A stretch of 63,941 nucleotides of DNA, the filler included, from Octopus bimaculoides (Eukaryota), in assembly GCF_001194135.2 (NCBI RefSeq). It is 6 parts of 6 records of this genome, joined end to end, with 100 filler letters (N's around TTAATTAATTAA, not from the genome) between each part and the next. Parts side by side here need not be neighbours in the genome. Positions count along the whole stretch, not along the records: positions 60,451 to 63,941 come from NC_068984.1; 5 more parts are not named here. One strand, given 5' to 3'. This document shows, in pieces, positions 62,280-63,941 of this stretch (position 1 is the first letter of the stretch; each line of letters opens with the position of its first letter). The notes under the pieces were generated by a model. The model saw nothing but the letters and a program-made list of their open reading frames with translations. It ran no database searches and was not told the DNA's origin. The position numbers were made by a program, and so were the translations under genes.

Positions 62280-63004
62280 ACACACACAAACATCATTTTC
62301 TGAGTAATCACCTTGGGTCAATTCCCTGAAAACTTTGGGGCTGTAAGCGATGAACAGGAAAAGCTCTTTCATCAAGACCTCATGATCATGGAAGAGTGCA
62401 ATCAAGGGCTATGGCACAAAAATATGATGGCAGACTATTGGTGGAACATCAAACGAGATTGCTCTGAAGAAGTCCTCAAACTCAGGGCCCACAAGCGCAA
62501 ATTTTTACTCGAACAAAACTTACTTGAACTTTGCGGTCCATCCTTATCAATTGTTTTGAATCGCCTGCCATCTTTATATCGAAATATATGTTAATTTAAA
62601 GTAACAAGTATTTGTGCATACTCACACTTGACTATTATGGATAAGTGTTTCTGATTTGACAAGCGGTGACAAAGACTTAACTCCGCACAAGTGATTTTTG
62701 TTTTGCCTTTACCCAACTTTATTGGATATTGTGATGCACTACGCGTTTTCGTGAATACATAAAGAATATTTTTGCCAAGACTATTGTTTTGAACCTAGTT
62801 TTAAGACAGTATGAATACAAATATCCCATATGTACCATGTCAACATTGGAAATATCCAAATTTCGCAAGAATAAAAGAGAATGTTGAATTGGAAAATATC
62901 TAGAAGATACAACGAAAAACTAACTCCAGATTTGAATTCAGCGCACTCAGATTAGGTAAGAACAAGTGCTGGTGTCAATGCAACAAGACTTTAATTCTCC
63001 AGTG
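62280..63004 (+). mobile_element. Chapaev3-like (CMC superfamily) DNA transposon 3' end
   Basis: FPENFGAVSDEQEKLFHQDLMIMEECNQGLWHKNMMADYWWNIKRD; ends ...CTCCAGTG followed by TAA (CAC..GTG termini and TWA TSD as recalled for Chapaev3). Confidence 0.65.
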
Positions 63005-63644
63005 TAATATATGTTACATATTTGTAATATATGACATATGTTAGATACATTTTGTATATATATTGTATGTAGGTTACATATCATAAGCTAAATATACACA
63101 GATATTACATTTATTGATCCAATTAAGGCATAAAGCCAGCAATTTTGATGAGAAGAGGATAATATGAGTGACACCAGTACTTGACTGATACTATATTTTA
63201 TAGACGTCTGAGAGAGTCAAAGCTGATATCGTTGGAATGTCAAAGCTGATATCGGTGGAATTTGAACTCAGTAAGTAAACAGTCGGAAAATATAACATGG
63301 ATCATAAAAATATTCTTCATACATTATTCGAATCTGTTGACTCAATCACTTCAAACTTATAAGGTTGTTGGTTCGATTTCATTGTGTATTTTATTTCACG
63401 TTGCTTCAGTTTAGTCAGCTGAAAATGAGAACCAGCCAAATTCTTGTGCAGCCCTCTATCTATCCAGATGTCACGTACACGCTATTCTATTGGTGACGTG
63501 CGTGGGAGAGCCGAGAGGGTGTCTGCTTGCTCTCGACTACACACTCGCCTAAAAATAATTAGAAAAATTATGGCACATGCTGCCAGGGTTTACTCGCTAG
63601 TAATGTATTTATATATGTATCGTATATACATAATCCTTTCTACT

Positions 63645-63843
63645 ATAGGAACATAGCCTGAAATTTGAGGGTAGGATTAAGTCGATTACATTGACCCTAG
63701 TACTTAACTGATACTTGATTTATCGACCCTGAAAAGATGAAAAGCAAAGTTGACTTCGGCCGAATTTGAACCCAGAACATGAAGACAGAGAAAATACTGC
63801 TAAGTATTTCTTCCGGCGAATGATTCTGCCAGCTCGCCGCCTT
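63645..63843 (-). mobile_element. SINE-B (tail type ii); a more decayed copy lies at about 63125-63285
   Basis: GAAAAGATGAAAAGCAAAGTTGACTTCGGCCGAATTTGAACCCAGAAC...TCTGCCAGCTCGCCGCC. Confidence 0.8.
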
Positions 63844-63941
63844 TGTGTCATATATATACATACTTATCTATAGATAATACTATATACATTCTCTACGTAA
63901 TATACATACATTATATATATATAGACTATATATATATATAT

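Noticed and set aside
63455-63510. CCAAT plus CRE/E-box-like motifs suggesting a promoter
   Set aside because: Short motifs with no associated gene or CpG island in view

Overview
Eukaryotic, AT-rich, very repeat-dense animal DNA, most likely an octopus (inferred from the tRNA-derived SINE families and microsatellite load; not verifiable here). It is a gappy assembly. Five identical 100-bp spacers (44 N + TTAATTAATTAA + 44 N) split it into six separately assembled pieces (1-14145, 14246-19084, 19185-22946, 23047-47772, 47873-60350, 60451-63941), so adjacency across them is not trustworthy. Host genes are sparse: one intact tRNA-Ser(GCT), one intact 239-nt coding exon of CYHR1/ZFTRAF1 (minus strand), a short histone H4 fragment and a few unidentified candidate exons. 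The rest is decayed mobile DNA: four SINE families, CR1/L2-, Tx1/L1-, R4/Dong-, RTE- and Penelope-like retroelements, two mariners, a Tigger/pogo-like MITE and a Chapaev3-like end, plus micro- and minisatellites. There is no CRISPR array or prokaryotic system. The most interesting signal is the retroelement ecology readable within the window. (i) Two SINE families appear to share their 3' tails with LINEs present here: SINE-A with a CR1/L2-like LINE, including a compensatorily conserved stem-loop, and SINE-B with a Tx1/L1-like LINE. (ii) There is apparent microsatellite targeting by R4/Dong-like elements, into (TAA)n, and possibly by a Tx1-like element, into (TCTA)n. (iii) SINE-A carries an internal microsatellite that acts as a landing pad. 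(iv) Several hammerhead-ribozyme-like motifs of the Penelope type occur. Family names come from recalled motif resemblance, not database searches, and many repeat boundaries are approximate.
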